Shown: positions 8,804 through 19,015 of the stretch, piece after piece
Position numbering within the stretch: position 1 is the first letter of the stretch
Layout: every line of letters begins with the position of its first letter
From: Spirochaetota bacterium
GTDB taxonomy: Bacteria; Spirochaetota; UBA4802; UBA5550
Assembly: GCA_963663865.1 (NCBI GenBank)
Contig: OY760686.1
Span: 3,040,001 to 3,104,000 of the forward strand
Direction of reading: 5' to 3'
DNA length: 64,000 nt
Translations under genes and position numbers: made by a program
Notes under the pieces: model-generated
What the model was told of the DNA's origin: nothing
Seen by the model: only the letters and a program-made list of their open reading frames with translations
The model's database searches: none

Positions 8804-9159
8804 ATTCATCCAAAACCATCAAAAGACCTCTTTCTCGAAGCGCAAAGGGTCTTTTAATTTTTCACCTTTCATGATATTTTTCTTTTATTCCCAAAACAGC
8901 TGCCTGAACTGGTTGAACCATATTTCAGCTCATTTTCCCTTAGAATAGGAGCAGCCGGCGCCTATATCGCTTTTTCCTCTGCCAAAACAGATATTTTCTT
9001 GTAATTATAATCACTTTAATATTATTTACACAAAAATGTACTATCTAAACAACCTGATCAGTTTCTCCCGCCGGAAGTGTATCCACTAACCGGCTGCAAA
9101 TAATCTTTATCAGGGAAACGGCTGCAAGCCGGCCATACAAAACAAATACGGAGACAGGA

Positions 9160-10008
9160 ATGCACATCATTCACGAAAACTCACCACTTGGACCGTCAAC
9201 CGGCCGCATGGTCGTTGAGGCCCCCTATATCGCCGGCCACAGAAAGGCTGGACAGTTCATAATCTTCCGAATCGACGAATATGGAGAGAGGATACCCCTC
9301 ACTATAGTCGATTCAGACTCAGACAGGGGCACAATCACTTTGATTTACCAGGTTGCCGGTAAGTCCACACGACAGCTTTTCGCGATGAAACCGGGCGATA
9401 AAATTCTGGATATCGCAGGTCCGCTCGGCCACCCCACTGAAATAGAAAACTACGGGACTGCGGTGTGTGTGGGCGGCGGAATCGGCGTAGCCCCGGTTTA
9501 CCCAATATCAAAAGCTTTAAAAGAAGCGGGTAACAGAGTAATAACTATTATCGGGGCAAGAAGTAAAGAACTCCTCATTCTTGAGGATGACCTCAAACAA
9601 GTCAGCGACGAGATAATGGTCTGCACTGACGACGGCAGCTATGGAGAAAAAGGTTTTGTAACGCAGCTTCTTCAGCGTGTTATCGACAGGGAAAAAGTAA
9701 ACTTCTGTGTTGCAGTCGGCCCCATCCCCATGATGAACGCTGTAAGCCAGGTCACCAGAGAGCCGGGCATCAAAACGCTTGTGAGCCTGAACTCAATAAT
9801 GATAGACGGCACTGGAATGTGCGGAGGCTGCCGGGTCACCGTGGGAGGCAAAATCAAATTTACCTGTGTTGACGGTCCGGAATTTGACGCTCATGAAGTA
9901 GATTTCACAGAACTATCAAACAGGCTTAATACCTACAGGGAAGAAGAACAGGCCTGTACAGACGCGCATGAATGCAAACTTGAAGGAGCACTGAAAAATG
10001 ACAAATAG
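9160..10008 (+). CDS. nfnA: NADH-dependent reduced ferredoxin:NADP+ oxidoreductase small subunit (NfnA/SudB)
   Basis: AGQFII, ERIPLTI, GPLG, VGGGIG, DGTGMCGGCR...CVDGPEFDAH. Confidence 0.88.
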   Translation: MHIIHENSPLGPSTGRMVVEAPYIAGHRKAGQFIIFRIDEYGERIPLTIVDSDSDRGTITLIYQVAGKSTRQLFAMKPGDKILDIAGPLGHPTEIENYGTAVCVGGGIGVAPVYPISKALKEAGNRVITIIGARSKELLILEDDLKQVSDEIMVCTDDGSYGEKGFVTQLLQRVIDREKVNFCVAVGPIPMMNAVSQVTREPGIKTLVSLNSIMIDGTGMCGGCRVTVGGKIKFTCVDGPEFDAHEVDFTELSNRLNTYREEEQACTDAHECKLEGALKNDK

Positions 10009-11395
10009 AGTACCCAGACAGCCAATGCCTGAACAGCCGCCTCAGGTCAGAAGGAATAACTTCGAGGAAGTTCCGCTTGGATATTCCGAAGAGACCGCGG
10101 TTATTGAGGCGCAGCGATGTATACAATGTAAAAATCCGGGATGCGTTAAAGGATGCCCTGTCGGTATTGACATTCCCGGCTTCATCGCAAGGATTGCCGA
10201 AAAGGATTACAAGGGGGCTTTTGATGTTCTGAAGCTTACAAACAGTCTGCCCGCTGTTTGCGGAAGGGTCTGTCCCCAGGAATCACAGTGCGAAGAACTG
10301 TGCATACTTGCTAAAAAGTTTGAACCGGTAGCCATTGGCAAACTTGAAAGATTCGCGGCCGATTACGATAGAGAGCATACATGCTCAACATGCAGCCCAG
10401 TGGCTGAGAAACGCGCAGAGAAGGTTGCTGTAATCGGCTCCGGTCCGGCCGGACTGACAGTGGCCGGTGACCTTGCAGGAATGGGATACAATGTAACCAT
10501 CTTCGAAGCTCTGCACAGCCCGGGCGGGGTACTCATATACGGGATTCCGGAATTCCGCCTTCCCAAATCAATTGTAGCCTATGAAATTGAAGCCCTTAAG
10601 CACATGGGTGTTGAAATTGTTGTAAACAGGGTAATTGGCATTTCTGAAACAATAAACGACCTGCTCGACCAGGGATTCAGCTCTGTCTTCATCGGAACCG
10701 GAGCGGGAAATCCTAAATTCCTAAACATCGCGGGCGAGAACCTCCAGGGCGTCTATTCGGCAAACGAATACCTCACTCGTGTCAACCTGATGAAATCATA
10801 CCTTTTCCCGAAATACGACACTCCGGTCATCCGGGGACGCAATGTTGCTGTATTCGGCGGGGGAAATGTTGCCATGGACGCAGCAAGAACAGCGCTAAGG
10901 CTTGGAGCCGACAATGTTTATCTCATGTACAGGCGTTCAAGGGAAGAGATGCCGGCACGTATTGAAGAGATACATCATGCCGAAGAAGAAGGTGTCCAGT
11001 TTAAATTTCTGACTAATCCGCTTTCCTTCTCCGGAACAGAAAAAGGAAGGCTGAACGCGGTTCGCTGTGAAGAGATGAAACTCGGCGCCCCTGATGATTC
11101 CGGCAGGAGAAGGCCGATTCCAGTAGAAGGGTCCGAATTTGAAACAGAAATTGACATTGCTATTGTTGCCATAGGCAACGAGCCTAATCCTATTATTCAG
11201 CGAACGACCGCTGATATGCCCACTAACAAGTGGGGCAACATCATCGCAGACGCAGAAACAATGAAAACAGGCAAGCGTGGTGTTTTCGCCGGAGGCGATA
11301 TTGTTTCCGGAGCGGCCACAGTTATTGAAGCTATGGGCGCGGGCCGAAAAGCGGCAAAGGCAATTCACGACTACATCCAGACAGGCAGCTGGTAG
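9998..11395 (+). CDS. nfnB: NfnB/SudA large subunit (often auto-annotated as homotetrameric NADPH glutamate synthase)
   Basis: RCIQCKNPGC..GCP, CGRVCPQESQCE, GSGPAG, GGGNVAMD, FAGGD; overlaps nfnA. Confidence 0.88.
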   Translation: MTNRVPRQPMPEQPPQVRRNNFEEVPLGYSEETAVIEAQRCIQCKNPGCVKGCPVGIDIPGFIARIAEKDYKGAFDVLKLTNSLPAVCGRVCPQESQCEELCILAKKFEPVAIGKLERFAADYDREHTCSTCSPVAEKRAEKVAVIGSGPAGLTVAGDLAGMGYNVTIFEALHSPGGVLIYGIPEFRLPKSIVAYEIEALKHMGVEIVVNRVIGISETINDLLDQGFSSVFIGTGAGNPKFLNIAGENLQGVYSANEYLTRVNLMKSYLFPKYDTPVIRGRNVAVFGGGNVAMDAARTALRLGADNVYLMYRRSREEMPARIEEIHHAEEEGVQFKFLTNPLSFSGTEKGRLNAVRCEEMKLGAPDDSGRRRPIPVEGSEFETEIDIAIVAIGNEPNPIIQRTTADMPTNKWGNIIADAETMKTGKRGVFAGGDIVSGAATVIEAMGAGRKAAKAIHDYIQTGSW

Positions 11396-11405
11396 CATAT
11401 TATCC

Positions 11406-11440
11406 GACAGGCCGTTTTTTTTTAAAACGGCCTGTCTTTC
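11406..11440. terminator. Terminator hairpin between convergent genes
   Basis: GACAGGCCGTTTT / AAAACGGCCTGTC 13-bp inverted repeat. Confidence 0.75.
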
Positions 11441-11466
11441 AAAACCTTCCTAAAAGCTTTTAAATC

Positions 11467-12816
11467 TTAGAGCTTGCCTTCCCAATCGGTTTTTGCCGTC
11501 ATTTTCATGAGAAATACCAGCGCGGCAATTGACGCAACAGTAATCAATAAACCCGTATGCTCAGGAAAGAAAAAGGCGCCGGAAAAGAACCACTGAAATA
11601 TTACCATCCCAACACCGGTAATATAAACAAGCTCCCTGCCTTTTCCAGTAAGCCTGGCGTAATACATGCTTATTCCCGTCGATGCGGACAGGGCAAGAAT
11701 AAGAGCGCCGAAGATGTGCATATAGGAAGCCAAATATGAACCGAGCAGATAAAAGACAAAGAAACCCGAAAGAAGAAACACATGATTAACTGGATGGAGA
11801 GCTATCCCCTTTGATGAAGCAAAAATTACGATAAAGGCCATAAATATAAAAATAACAAGGGGAGCATAGAAGAATATTCGCGAGAAGAACTCGCCATAGT
11901 TTGATGATATAACAAAGTTCAATCCCAGGTCCTGGTCAAGGATGATGCTGGAAGCCTTCCAACGAAGAAGATTACCAGAGCTGTCCGAAACCTGTTCTGC
12001 CGGAGCCATTGTGCCGTCCAGAACGTCAACCTCGCTGAAATCCGTTTTCAGGGAGGCGGTAAAATCCTCCACTTCAATTCTGTTTATTTTTGTATTTTCA
12101 GTCGCGTAGTTTGAATTCATATTGCTGTGCCTCCCATATCGGAAGCTGCCTGTTCCCTGAGCCCTGTAATCTATTTCAAAGATTACGGCTTTCCCGGGAC
12201 CAAGGGATCCAGTCCAGTCGATACCGTCAGCGAAACTCTTATCGCCCCTGTATTCAGAACCATTCATTTTGACCGAAACGTCCGTAATACTTCCGGCCCT
12301 CTCTGGAAGTGTGAAGCTGAAAGTATAGTTTCCCTGAACCTTCTGCGTATTAACGCATTCATACCGGGCCTTGAAACTCAGATTATAGCCCGCGAATTCC
12401 AGAAGGCCTTTTTTTCTTATGTTTGACTTAATGTCAATTTCAACGATGTGTTTTCTGAATCCGTGCTGCAGTTCAATTTTTCGTGTCCTGAATCCGTACT
12501 GTCCTGTTTTATCATTCAGATACTGCTCTTTAATATATGATGCTGTAGTAAAAGACGGGAGAGGTTGTACTACCTCGCCACCCCATATCTTTGCAACCGA
12601 TCTAAAATTCTTGCTGACAGAAGAGCTGTTTCGTTCACTGACCCTGAAGCCGATTGCCACCGACGCGATTGAAAAACCGCCTGCGATTGCCACAATAACC
12701 ATATACCTGAATATCTTTTTTACCAGAGCAGGGTTAACCTGAAAAGCTCTGACCGAAACAATAATAAAAGCGGCCGCCACTATACAAACGGCCAAAAAAA
12801 TAAGCGCTGCTGTCAT
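11467..12816 (-). CDS. CreD-like inner membrane protein
   Basis: Two N-terminal TMs, ER....VAKIWGGEVVQ motif, periplasmic domain, six C-terminal TMs with a LHPxxH..L motif. Confidence 0.6.
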   Translation of the reverse strand: MTAALIFLAVCIVAAAFIIVSVRAFQVNPALVKKIFRYMVIVAIAGGFSIASVAIGFRVSERNSSSVSKNFRSVAKIWGGEVVQPLPSFTTASYIKEQYLNDKTGQYGFRTRKIELQHGFRKHIVEIDIKSNIRKKGLLEFAGYNLSFKARYECVNTQKVQGNYTFSFTLPERAGSITDVSVKMNGSEYRGDKSFADGIDWTGSLGPGKAVIFEIDYRAQGTGSFRYGRHSNMNSNYATENTKINRIEVEDFTASLKTDFSEVDVLDGTMAPAEQVSDSSGNLLRWKASSIILDQDLGLNFVISSNYGEFFSRIFFYAPLVIFIFMAFIVIFASSKGIALHPVNHVFLLSGFFVFYLLGSYLASYMHIFGALILALSASTGISMYYARLTGKGRELVYITGVGMVIFQWFFSGAFFFPEHTGLLITVASIAALVFLMKMTAKTDWEGKL

Positions 12817-13223
12817 TGTATCCTCCTTTTAATTCTTCAAATCTAACTCCTGGCCTCAACATCAAAGCTAACCGGCCTGAATATTCATTTTCATCTGCAA
12901 AATGACTTTACCTGAATCAGCCAGGATAGTGCAACGATTGATATCAGTTTAACGTTATTATATCAACGAAAAAACACATCCAGTGTTTTCACTAATTGAA
13001 CCCTCCATATTTATATACTCACAATTGTTATTTTGTCAGTCCTTATTCAACTGCTCATATTTAATAGCGATTGAACAATTAAAATCCGATATAAATTATC
13101 CCTTGACTAAGATGCAGCTATGGGTCTCTTTTTATTGAGGATGGACTTCAGCTTTTATGCAGAATCAGCCTTTAAATCCCCACTTAAGCAGGCCCTATTT
13201 TTTATTTGTGTATGGAGGTCAGA

Positions 13224-13988
13224 ATGAAAATCGGAGTTATCGGCTTCGGCAAAACAGGTAAAGCCGTTTCATCAACTATATTAAGAAACTCTAATCTGAG
13301 GCTTGAATGGGTGGTTCGACGTTCAGAGCTTCTTGATCACCGCTCAATACCGGAGTTTTTAGGCGAAGATTCCGATGAGCCCGGCCTGATACTTTCAAGC
13401 AGAAAAATCAAAGCCGGGCCTCTGCTCGACAATATGCCCGTTGATATGATCATCGACTTCTCTTCTCCAACGGGGATCGAATACTACGGGGAAGAAGCGG
13501 CAGAACGCGGTATTACAATAGTAAGCGCTGTCTCTAATTACAATGAAACTACAATCCGGCATCTTAAAAAACTATCTGAGAAAACAACTGTTTTCTGGTC
13601 TCCCAATATTACGGTCGGCGTAAACTATTTAATGATTGCCGCAAAATTTCTTAAAAAAATCGCTCCCGACATAGACATGGTTATCATTGAAGAACATTTC
13701 AGGGACAAGCCGGAAATATCTGGAACAGCAAAAGTCATCGCGGATAATATAGGTATTCCTCACAGTGAAATTAAATCAATACGCGCTGGCGGCATAATTG
13801 GGAAACACGAGGTCATCTGCGGTTTCCCCTTTCAAACAGTCCGCCTGATTCATGAATCAATTACCAGAGAAGCCTTCGGTTCGGGAGTAATCTTTGTCGC
13901 TGAAAACCTTGAAGGCAAACCCGCAGGTTTTTACACCTTCGAAGATCTGTTTATGCCCTATTTCAAATTTGAAAACAGCTTCAACTGA
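13224..13988 (+). CDS. Dihydrodipicolinate reductase (DapB)-like oxidoreductase with an atypical substrate motif
   Basis: GFGKTG Rossmann motif, IDFSSP, WSPNIT.G, EEHFRDKPEISGTA, SIRAGGIIGKHEV, HESITREAFG. Confidence 0.75.
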   Translation: MKIGVIGFGKTGKAVSSTILRNSNLRLEWVVRRSELLDHRSIPEFLGEDSDEPGLILSSRKIKAGPLLDNMPVDMIIDFSSPTGIEYYGEEAAERGITIVSAVSNYNETTIRHLKKLSEKTTVFWSPNITVGVNYLMIAAKFLKKIAPDIDMVIIEEHFRDKPEISGTAKVIADNIGIPHSEIKSIRAGGIIGKHEVICGFPFQTVRLIHESITREAFGSGVIFVAENLEGKPAGFYTFEDLFMPYFKFENSFN

Positions 13989-14092
13989 TACGGCTTCCGG
14001 GCTGCGACCCCCCGGGGTCCTCAGTAAGTCAATATCCTCCCCTAAAAAAAATAAATTTTTTTGACCTGTTAACAGGCTAAGACTTGACTTTA

Positions 14093-14124
14093 TTTAGCAT
14101 TTTAGCTAATTTTAAATTGCTAAA
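14093..14124. promoter_or_regulatory. Inverted-repeat operator candidate upstream of tolC/RND
   Basis: TTTAGCA...TGCTAAA with nested TTAGC-N6-GCTAA, just after a TTGACT -35-like hexamer. Confidence 0.4.
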
Positions 14125-14209
14125 CATTGAAAAATCTTCCTCCTAAATGATTTTTCCACTTAACCACCCGCGACAAGCGGGTGAATTCTTATGTATATGA
14201 GGAGCAGAG

Positions 14210-15598
14210 ATGAAACATAAAAAAAAGCAAACTGCAGAGCAATCATTAAAAAAAATGAAGCTGATACTGTTATCATCATTAGCATTCACATTTGTCCTTA
14301 CACCTCCAGCCCTTTTCTCCCAGAATAAAAGCGGTCAGCATAACTTTTTAAATATATGGGAAGCGGCAGCCAGTAAATCCTATTCGATACAATCCGCGTC
14401 CTTGAAGACAGAATCATTAAATATCGGATCAGACCGCCTCTCAAGGCACTGGCTCCCTACTGTCAGTATAACGGGAAGGGCCGGGATATCAAATGATCCC
14501 GCTAACGCCCTCATGACGAACCTGTATCAGAGAGGTATTGTTCAGGAGGATTTTAATCCTTCCTATATGAATGAGCCCGGCGCAAACTACATGGGCTCTG
14601 CAGGCGTAAGGCTTGACCTTCCGCTGTATCAGGGCGGAGCGCCGACAGCCGCTGCATCAAGTATGCATCAACAGTCAGAAGCACAGAAACTGCTTTCCGA
14701 TTTTGAAGTACTGAACGAGTACTCCGGCCTATCCTCTGCCTTCGGCAGGCTCATGGCAAGGTTACAGGAAAGAGATGAGCTTAACAGGCTAAAATCCTCG
14801 GTTAAGAGCCTCCTTTCTTCTTACCGCCTCGCGAATAAAAGAAATCCGGTCGGCTATTCCGGTTACCTTTCTCTTGCGTCACTTGAAAACACTATTGAGG
14901 TTCTCACTGAGGAAAATGAAAGCGCCATACTATCCCTGTCCTCCTGGATTAAGTCTCGTTCAGGATTAGCCCCCTCGTTTATTCAGGAAAAAGCTGATGC
15001 CCTTTTATTCGTTAAATCATTTATGTCAATTCCGGACAAGTCACTGCCTGACAGGTCGTTGAGCGTCCTTGCGATGGAAAAACATGCCGCCGCACTGGAA
15101 AAGCAGGCTGAAATAGAAAAAGCCCGTTTTCTGCCGAATGCCGGCATCTTTTCTGAGGCAAATCTCTATTCAGGTGAAAGAAACAGCAGCACATCTTACA
15201 GCGCGGGCGCTTATGTTTCCATGAAGATTTTCTCCGCAGCCGATTATGGAGCTCTCAGGGAAGCCCGCCTAAAGGCTGAGGCGGCTAATCTATCGGCACG
15301 TGATGAATTCGTCAGACAGACCGAAGCGCGAAAATCCCTTTTATCAAGATTGGACTCCGGTATAAAAAGCCTGAATCTCATGAATGAAACATCCTCTCTT
15401 CTTGATGAACAGATTACCACCTCAGTAAGGCTGTTCAACGGAGGGAGGATAACGGCTTCACAGTTGGCAGAAGCATATTCCAAAAAAATTGAGCAGTTAA
15501 AAAACATAACGCTGACACTTGAGAACGTGATAAACACATCAGCAGAGATTATCCTTCTCTCTGAGAGCGTCCCGTCAGCAGCCAGAGGAGAATACTGA
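14210..15598 (+). CDS. TolC family outer membrane efflux protein
   Basis: Signal peptide; WLPTVSITG, LDLPLYQGG and ARFLPNAG OEP repeats. Confidence 0.85.
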   Translation: MKHKKKQTAEQSLKKMKLILLSSLAFTFVLTPPALFSQNKSGQHNFLNIWEAAASKSYSIQSASLKTESLNIGSDRLSRHWLPTVSITGRAGISNDPANALMTNLYQRGIVQEDFNPSYMNEPGANYMGSAGVRLDLPLYQGGAPTAAASSMHQQSEAQKLLSDFEVLNEYSGLSSAFGRLMARLQERDELNRLKSSVKSLLSSYRLANKRNPVGYSGYLSLASLENTIEVLTEENESAILSLSSWIKSRSGLAPSFIQEKADALLFVKSFMSIPDKSLPDRSLSVLAMEKHAAALEKQAEIEKARFLPNAGIFSEANLYSGERNSSTSYSAGAYVSMKIFSAADYGALREARLKAEAANLSARDEFVRQTEARKSLLSRLDSGIKSLNLMNETSSLLDEQITTSVRLFNGGRITASQLAEAYSKKIEQLKNITLTLENVINTSAEIILLSESVPSAARGEY

Positions 15599-15599
15599 T

Positions 15600-18500
15600 A
15601 TGACAAATAACAACAATGAAATAAGACCAGGCTTTGCCGGCATTCTCGGCAAGATGTTCATTAATTCAAGGCTTACACCGCTTATTGCGATAGGAAGCAT
15701 TCTTCTGGGGCTCATAGCAGTATGGCTGACTCCCAAAGAAGAGGAACCTCAAATCAGCGTTCCCATGTTCGACATTATGATATCCGCCGCGGGTTATGAG
15801 GCTGAAGAAGTCGAAAGAAAGATTACCGAGCCCGTCGAGAGAGCCGTCTGGGGTCTTGAGGGTGTTGAGTACATATACTCTGCCAGCAGTCCGCATTCAA
15901 GCCTGGTCACTGTGCGCTTTAAGGTTGGAGAACCGGTAGAGCCATCCCTTGTAAAGGTTCATCACAAGATGATGCAGATAAAGAAGCATCTTCCGCCAAC
16001 CGCGTCCGAACCTGACATATCATCATTCTCCATTGATGATGTGCCCTTTCTGACTCTGACATTCAGCTCGGCCGAACGCGACGATTACTCCCTCAGAACC
16101 AGTGTAGCACCGCTTGCCCGAAAGCTTTCGAGCACTCCGGATTTGAGCAGAATTGAACTTCTGGGGGGCAGAAAAAAAGCTATCCGCGTATCAGTGAATC
16201 CAGAACGACTCTCTGCAAACGGACTGACACTTGCCGAAGCCTCATCGGCTGTCAGGCAAAACGACGTCCTTCTTCCGTCAGGAAAAAAACGCGGCGGTTC
16301 AGTTTTTGATATAGAGACAGGCGGCCGTTTTAAAACCGCTGACGACGTTAGAAACACTCCGGTTGGTCAGCGCGGAGGAAGGGTCGTCCAATTGAAAGAT
16401 ATAGCGCATGTCAGCGAAGGGCCTGAAGAGCGCACACGGGTTTCAGTACTTCTGGACAAGTCAAAGGGTTCGTCACCGCAAAATGCCGTATCCATTGTCT
16501 TCGCCAAGCGTAAAGGAACAAACGTTGTAAATCTCTCGGAAGAGATTCTTCATCACGCCCGCACCTTTTCGAAATCTCTTCCAGATGATATATCCATGAC
16601 TGTTGTCCGTGATTATGGAGAAACAGCATCCGAAAAATCGACCGAACTTATTGAGCACCTTCTCATCGCAACTTTTTCTGTAGCTCTTCTGATCGCTATC
16701 TTCATGGGACTGCGCGCTTCTCTGGTCGTCTCAATAGCGATACCGGTTACGCTTGCGCTTACGCTCGCGATATACTACTTTATGGGCTATACCCTCAACA
16801 GGGTAACACTGTTCGCCCTCATTTTCTCCATTGGTATTCTTGTAGATGACGCCATCGTTGTTGTGGAAAATATTGAAAGGCACCTCAAGCGGAGAAATTC
16901 TGAAAGCATTCTCAAAACAACGCTCAAGGCCGTAGCCGAAGTCGGCAATCCGACTATACTGGCGACATTTACAGTTATAGCCGCTATTCTTCCTATGGCA
17001 TTTGTCACAGGAATGATGGGGCCTTACATGAAACCCATTCCAGTCGGCGCGAGCCTTGCTATGATACTCTCTCTTTTCATAGCCTTTATACTCATCCCGT
17101 TCCTCGCTGTGCGTCTTCTAAAAAAATCACATTCGGAAGAAAAGGCACAGGAGGAGCCCTCAGCCCCGAAGAGAATCGACCGACTGTATCTCAACATAAT
17201 CAACAGGCTTCTTTCCGGGAAAAAACCGGCAGCCATATTCGGTGTTTCTGCGCTTGTTCTCCTTTTTCTATCAACAGGATTGCTTTTCACAAAAACAGTT
17301 AAAGTGAAAATGCTTCCATTTGATGACAAAAATGAGTTTCAGGTGCTGCTTGACTTCCCGGTTGACACCCCGCTCAGCAAAAGCCTGGAGCTTTCGAAAG
17401 GACTTTCAGAGTCACTGCTGAAGCACCCTGAGGTAAAGAAGGTACAGATCTTCGCTGGCGAGCCGGCCCCCTATTCTTTTTCAGGCATGGTTAAGCACAC
17501 ATTCCTCAGGCAGTCTGACTACATGGCCGATTTACAGGTAGTGCTTTCAGGCAAAGGCGAGCGTTCAGAGGTCAGTCACGAAATAATTGAGTCTCTGCGT
17601 CCCGTTATATCGAGTTTCGCCGACAGGTACGGCGTTACATCCAGGATTCTTGAAATCCCGCCCGGCCCCCCTGTCATGGCTACAATGGTTGCAGAGATAT
17701 ATGGACCCGACAGAGGCGCCATAGCAGAAGCTTCGGAGAACGTATATGCGGCATTTAAAAATGAACCAAGTGTTGTGGACCTTGACTATTCATGGCGTCA
17801 GATGCGCTCAAGGCTCTATTACGGCTTCAACTATCCGGCTGGCGGGCTTGCAGGTGTTCGCGCATTCGACACCGCCGCGGCTGGAAATCTCCTTTTTTCA
17901 GAAACACCGCTGACCTCGCTCTCAAGTGTTACTGCACCGGAAGATGTTTCAGTTGACTTTGGAGTTCAGGACAGCTTCAGGACATCAAATGCCCCATTCC
18001 GCTTCCAGAACATGTCCTCGTTTGAGACCGGCATTACTCCGTTATCAGGTGTTCTCAACAGGCCTGTTATCAGGGAAACCGCTGCGCTTCACAGAAAAAA
18101 CCTGAAACCGGTTTCTTATGTAACATCAGAGCTTTCAGGCCCCGAGGAATCTCCAGTCTACGGTGTGATGAAGATTGCTCCCAAAATAGACTATCCGCAG
18201 AGTACTGCCCATGCACCCTGGAACACGGACACCCCTTCAGTTAAGTGGGATGGAGAATGGTTCATTACTTACGAGGTTTTCCGCGATCTCGGGGCGGCAT
18301 TTGCTGTCGTGCTGATACTTATCTATGTTCTGGTCGTCGGCTGGTTCAAAAGCTACAGAATCCCCCTGATTATTATGGCTCCCATACCGATAAGCCTTAT
18401 AGGAATTATTCCGGGACATGCCCTGGCGGGGACATATTTTACGGCAACCTCGATGATAGGTTTTATCGCGGGTGCGGGTATAATTGTCAGGAACTCCATC

Positions 18501-18773
18501 ATCCTTGTCGACTTTATTGAGCACCAGCTCTCGAAAGGAATGGAGTTCAAGGAAGCAGTCATCAGCGCCGGCCTGCTCCGCTTCCGGCCGATGCTTCTTA
18601 CGGCAGCATCAGTTGTAGCGGGAAGCTTTATTATGCTCTTCGATCCTATTTTCCAGGGACTCGCGATAAGCCTCATGTCAGGCGAAATTGCCGCCACGCT
18701 TCTGAGCCGATTTGCCGTACCTGTTCTTTACTACTGGGGTTCAGGAAGAGCGGTTAATAGAGCCATGCCTTGA
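15600..18773 (+). CDS. RND efflux permease (AcrB/AcrD/AcrF family)
   Basis: 1057 aa; PKEEEPQI, GILVDDAIVVVENI, RNSIILVDF, RFRPMLLT. Confidence 0.93.
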   Translation: MTNNNNEIRPGFAGILGKMFINSRLTPLIAIGSILLGLIAVWLTPKEEEPQISVPMFDIMISAAGYEAEEVERKITEPVERAVWGLEGVEYIYSASSPHSSLVTVRFKVGEPVEPSLVKVHHKMMQIKKHLPPTASEPDISSFSIDDVPFLTLTFSSAERDDYSLRTSVAPLARKLSSTPDLSRIELLGGRKKAIRVSVNPERLSANGLTLAEASSAVRQNDVLLPSGKKRGGSVFDIETGGRFKTADDVRNTPVGQRGGRVVQLKDIAHVSEGPEERTRVSVLLDKSKGSSPQNAVSIVFAKRKGTNVVNLSEEILHHARTFSKSLPDDISMTVVRDYGETASEKSTELIEHLLIATFSVALLIAIFMGLRASLVVSIAIPVTLALTLAIYYFMGYTLNRVTLFALIFSIGILVDDAIVVVENIERHLKRRNSESILKTTLKAVAEVGNPTILATFTVIAAILPMAFVTGMMGPYMKPIPVGASLAMILSLFIAFILIPFLAVRLLKKSHSEEKAQEEPSAPKRIDRLYLNIINRLLSGKKPAAIFGVSALVLLFLSTGLLFTKTVKVKMLPFDDKNEFQVLLDFPVDTPLSKSLELSKGLSESLLKHPEVKKVQIFAGEPAPYSFSGMVKHTFLRQSDYMADLQVVLSGKGERSEVSHEIIESLRPVISSFADRYGVTSRILEIPPGPPVMATMVAEIYGPDRGAIAEASENVYAAFKNEPSVVDLDYSWRQMRSRLYYGFNYPAGGLAGVRAFDTAAAGNLLFSETPLTSLSSVTAPEDVSVDFGVQDSFRTSNAPFRFQNMSSFETGITPLSGVLNRPVIRETAALHRKNLKPVSYVTSELSGPEESPVYGVMKIAPKIDYPQSTAHAPWNTDTPSVKWDGEWFITYEVFRDLGAAFAVVLILIYVLVVGWFKSYRIPLIIMAPIPISLIGIIPGHALAGTYFTATSMIGFIAGAGIIVRNSIILVDFIEHQLSKGMEFKEAVISAGLLRFRPMLLTAASVVAGSFIMLFDPIFQGLAISLMSGEIAATLLSRFAVPVLYYWGSGRAVNRAMP

Positions 18774-18823
18774 GAAGGCCCGGTTAGAAACCGTTTAGCT
18801 TATAGAAAATGACAGGCATTATT

Positions 18824-18855
18824 AGCCGGTTCTGCCCATCGCAGGCCGGCTTTTT
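18824..18855 (+). terminator. Rho-independent terminator
   Basis: AGCCGG.CTGC / GCAG.CCGGCT stem followed by a T run. Confidence 0.65.
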
Positions 18856-18898
18856 CAATCCCGTAGCCATAAAAAATAAACTCATTTTCTATGATTTC

Positions 18899-18926
18899 TT
18901 GACAGCTTCAGCAGTTAGGCTATAAT
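18899..18926 (+). promoter_or_regulatory. Sigma-70 promoter
   Basis: TTGACA-N16-TATAAT upstream of 19016. Confidence 0.6.
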
Positions 18927-19015
18927 AATTACTTGACAGGCACTTATAAAGCACGCCTTCTTTAATGTTTGCCTCATAACTAACTTGAACAATATCTTCA
19001 TTAAGGAGAATCAAC

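Noticed and set aside
8999-9016. Rex box upstream of nfnAB
   Set aside because: Only 9 of 14 positions match TTGTGAA-N4-TTCACAA in AT-rich DNA.
9998-11395. Second glutamate synthase small subunit
   Set aside because: Pairing with an NfnA-type gene indicates NfnAB; the true gltD is at 28573.
13100-13223. Riboswitch (lysine or fluoride) upstream of the dapB-like gene
   Set aside because: No recognisable consensus motifs or convincing helices.
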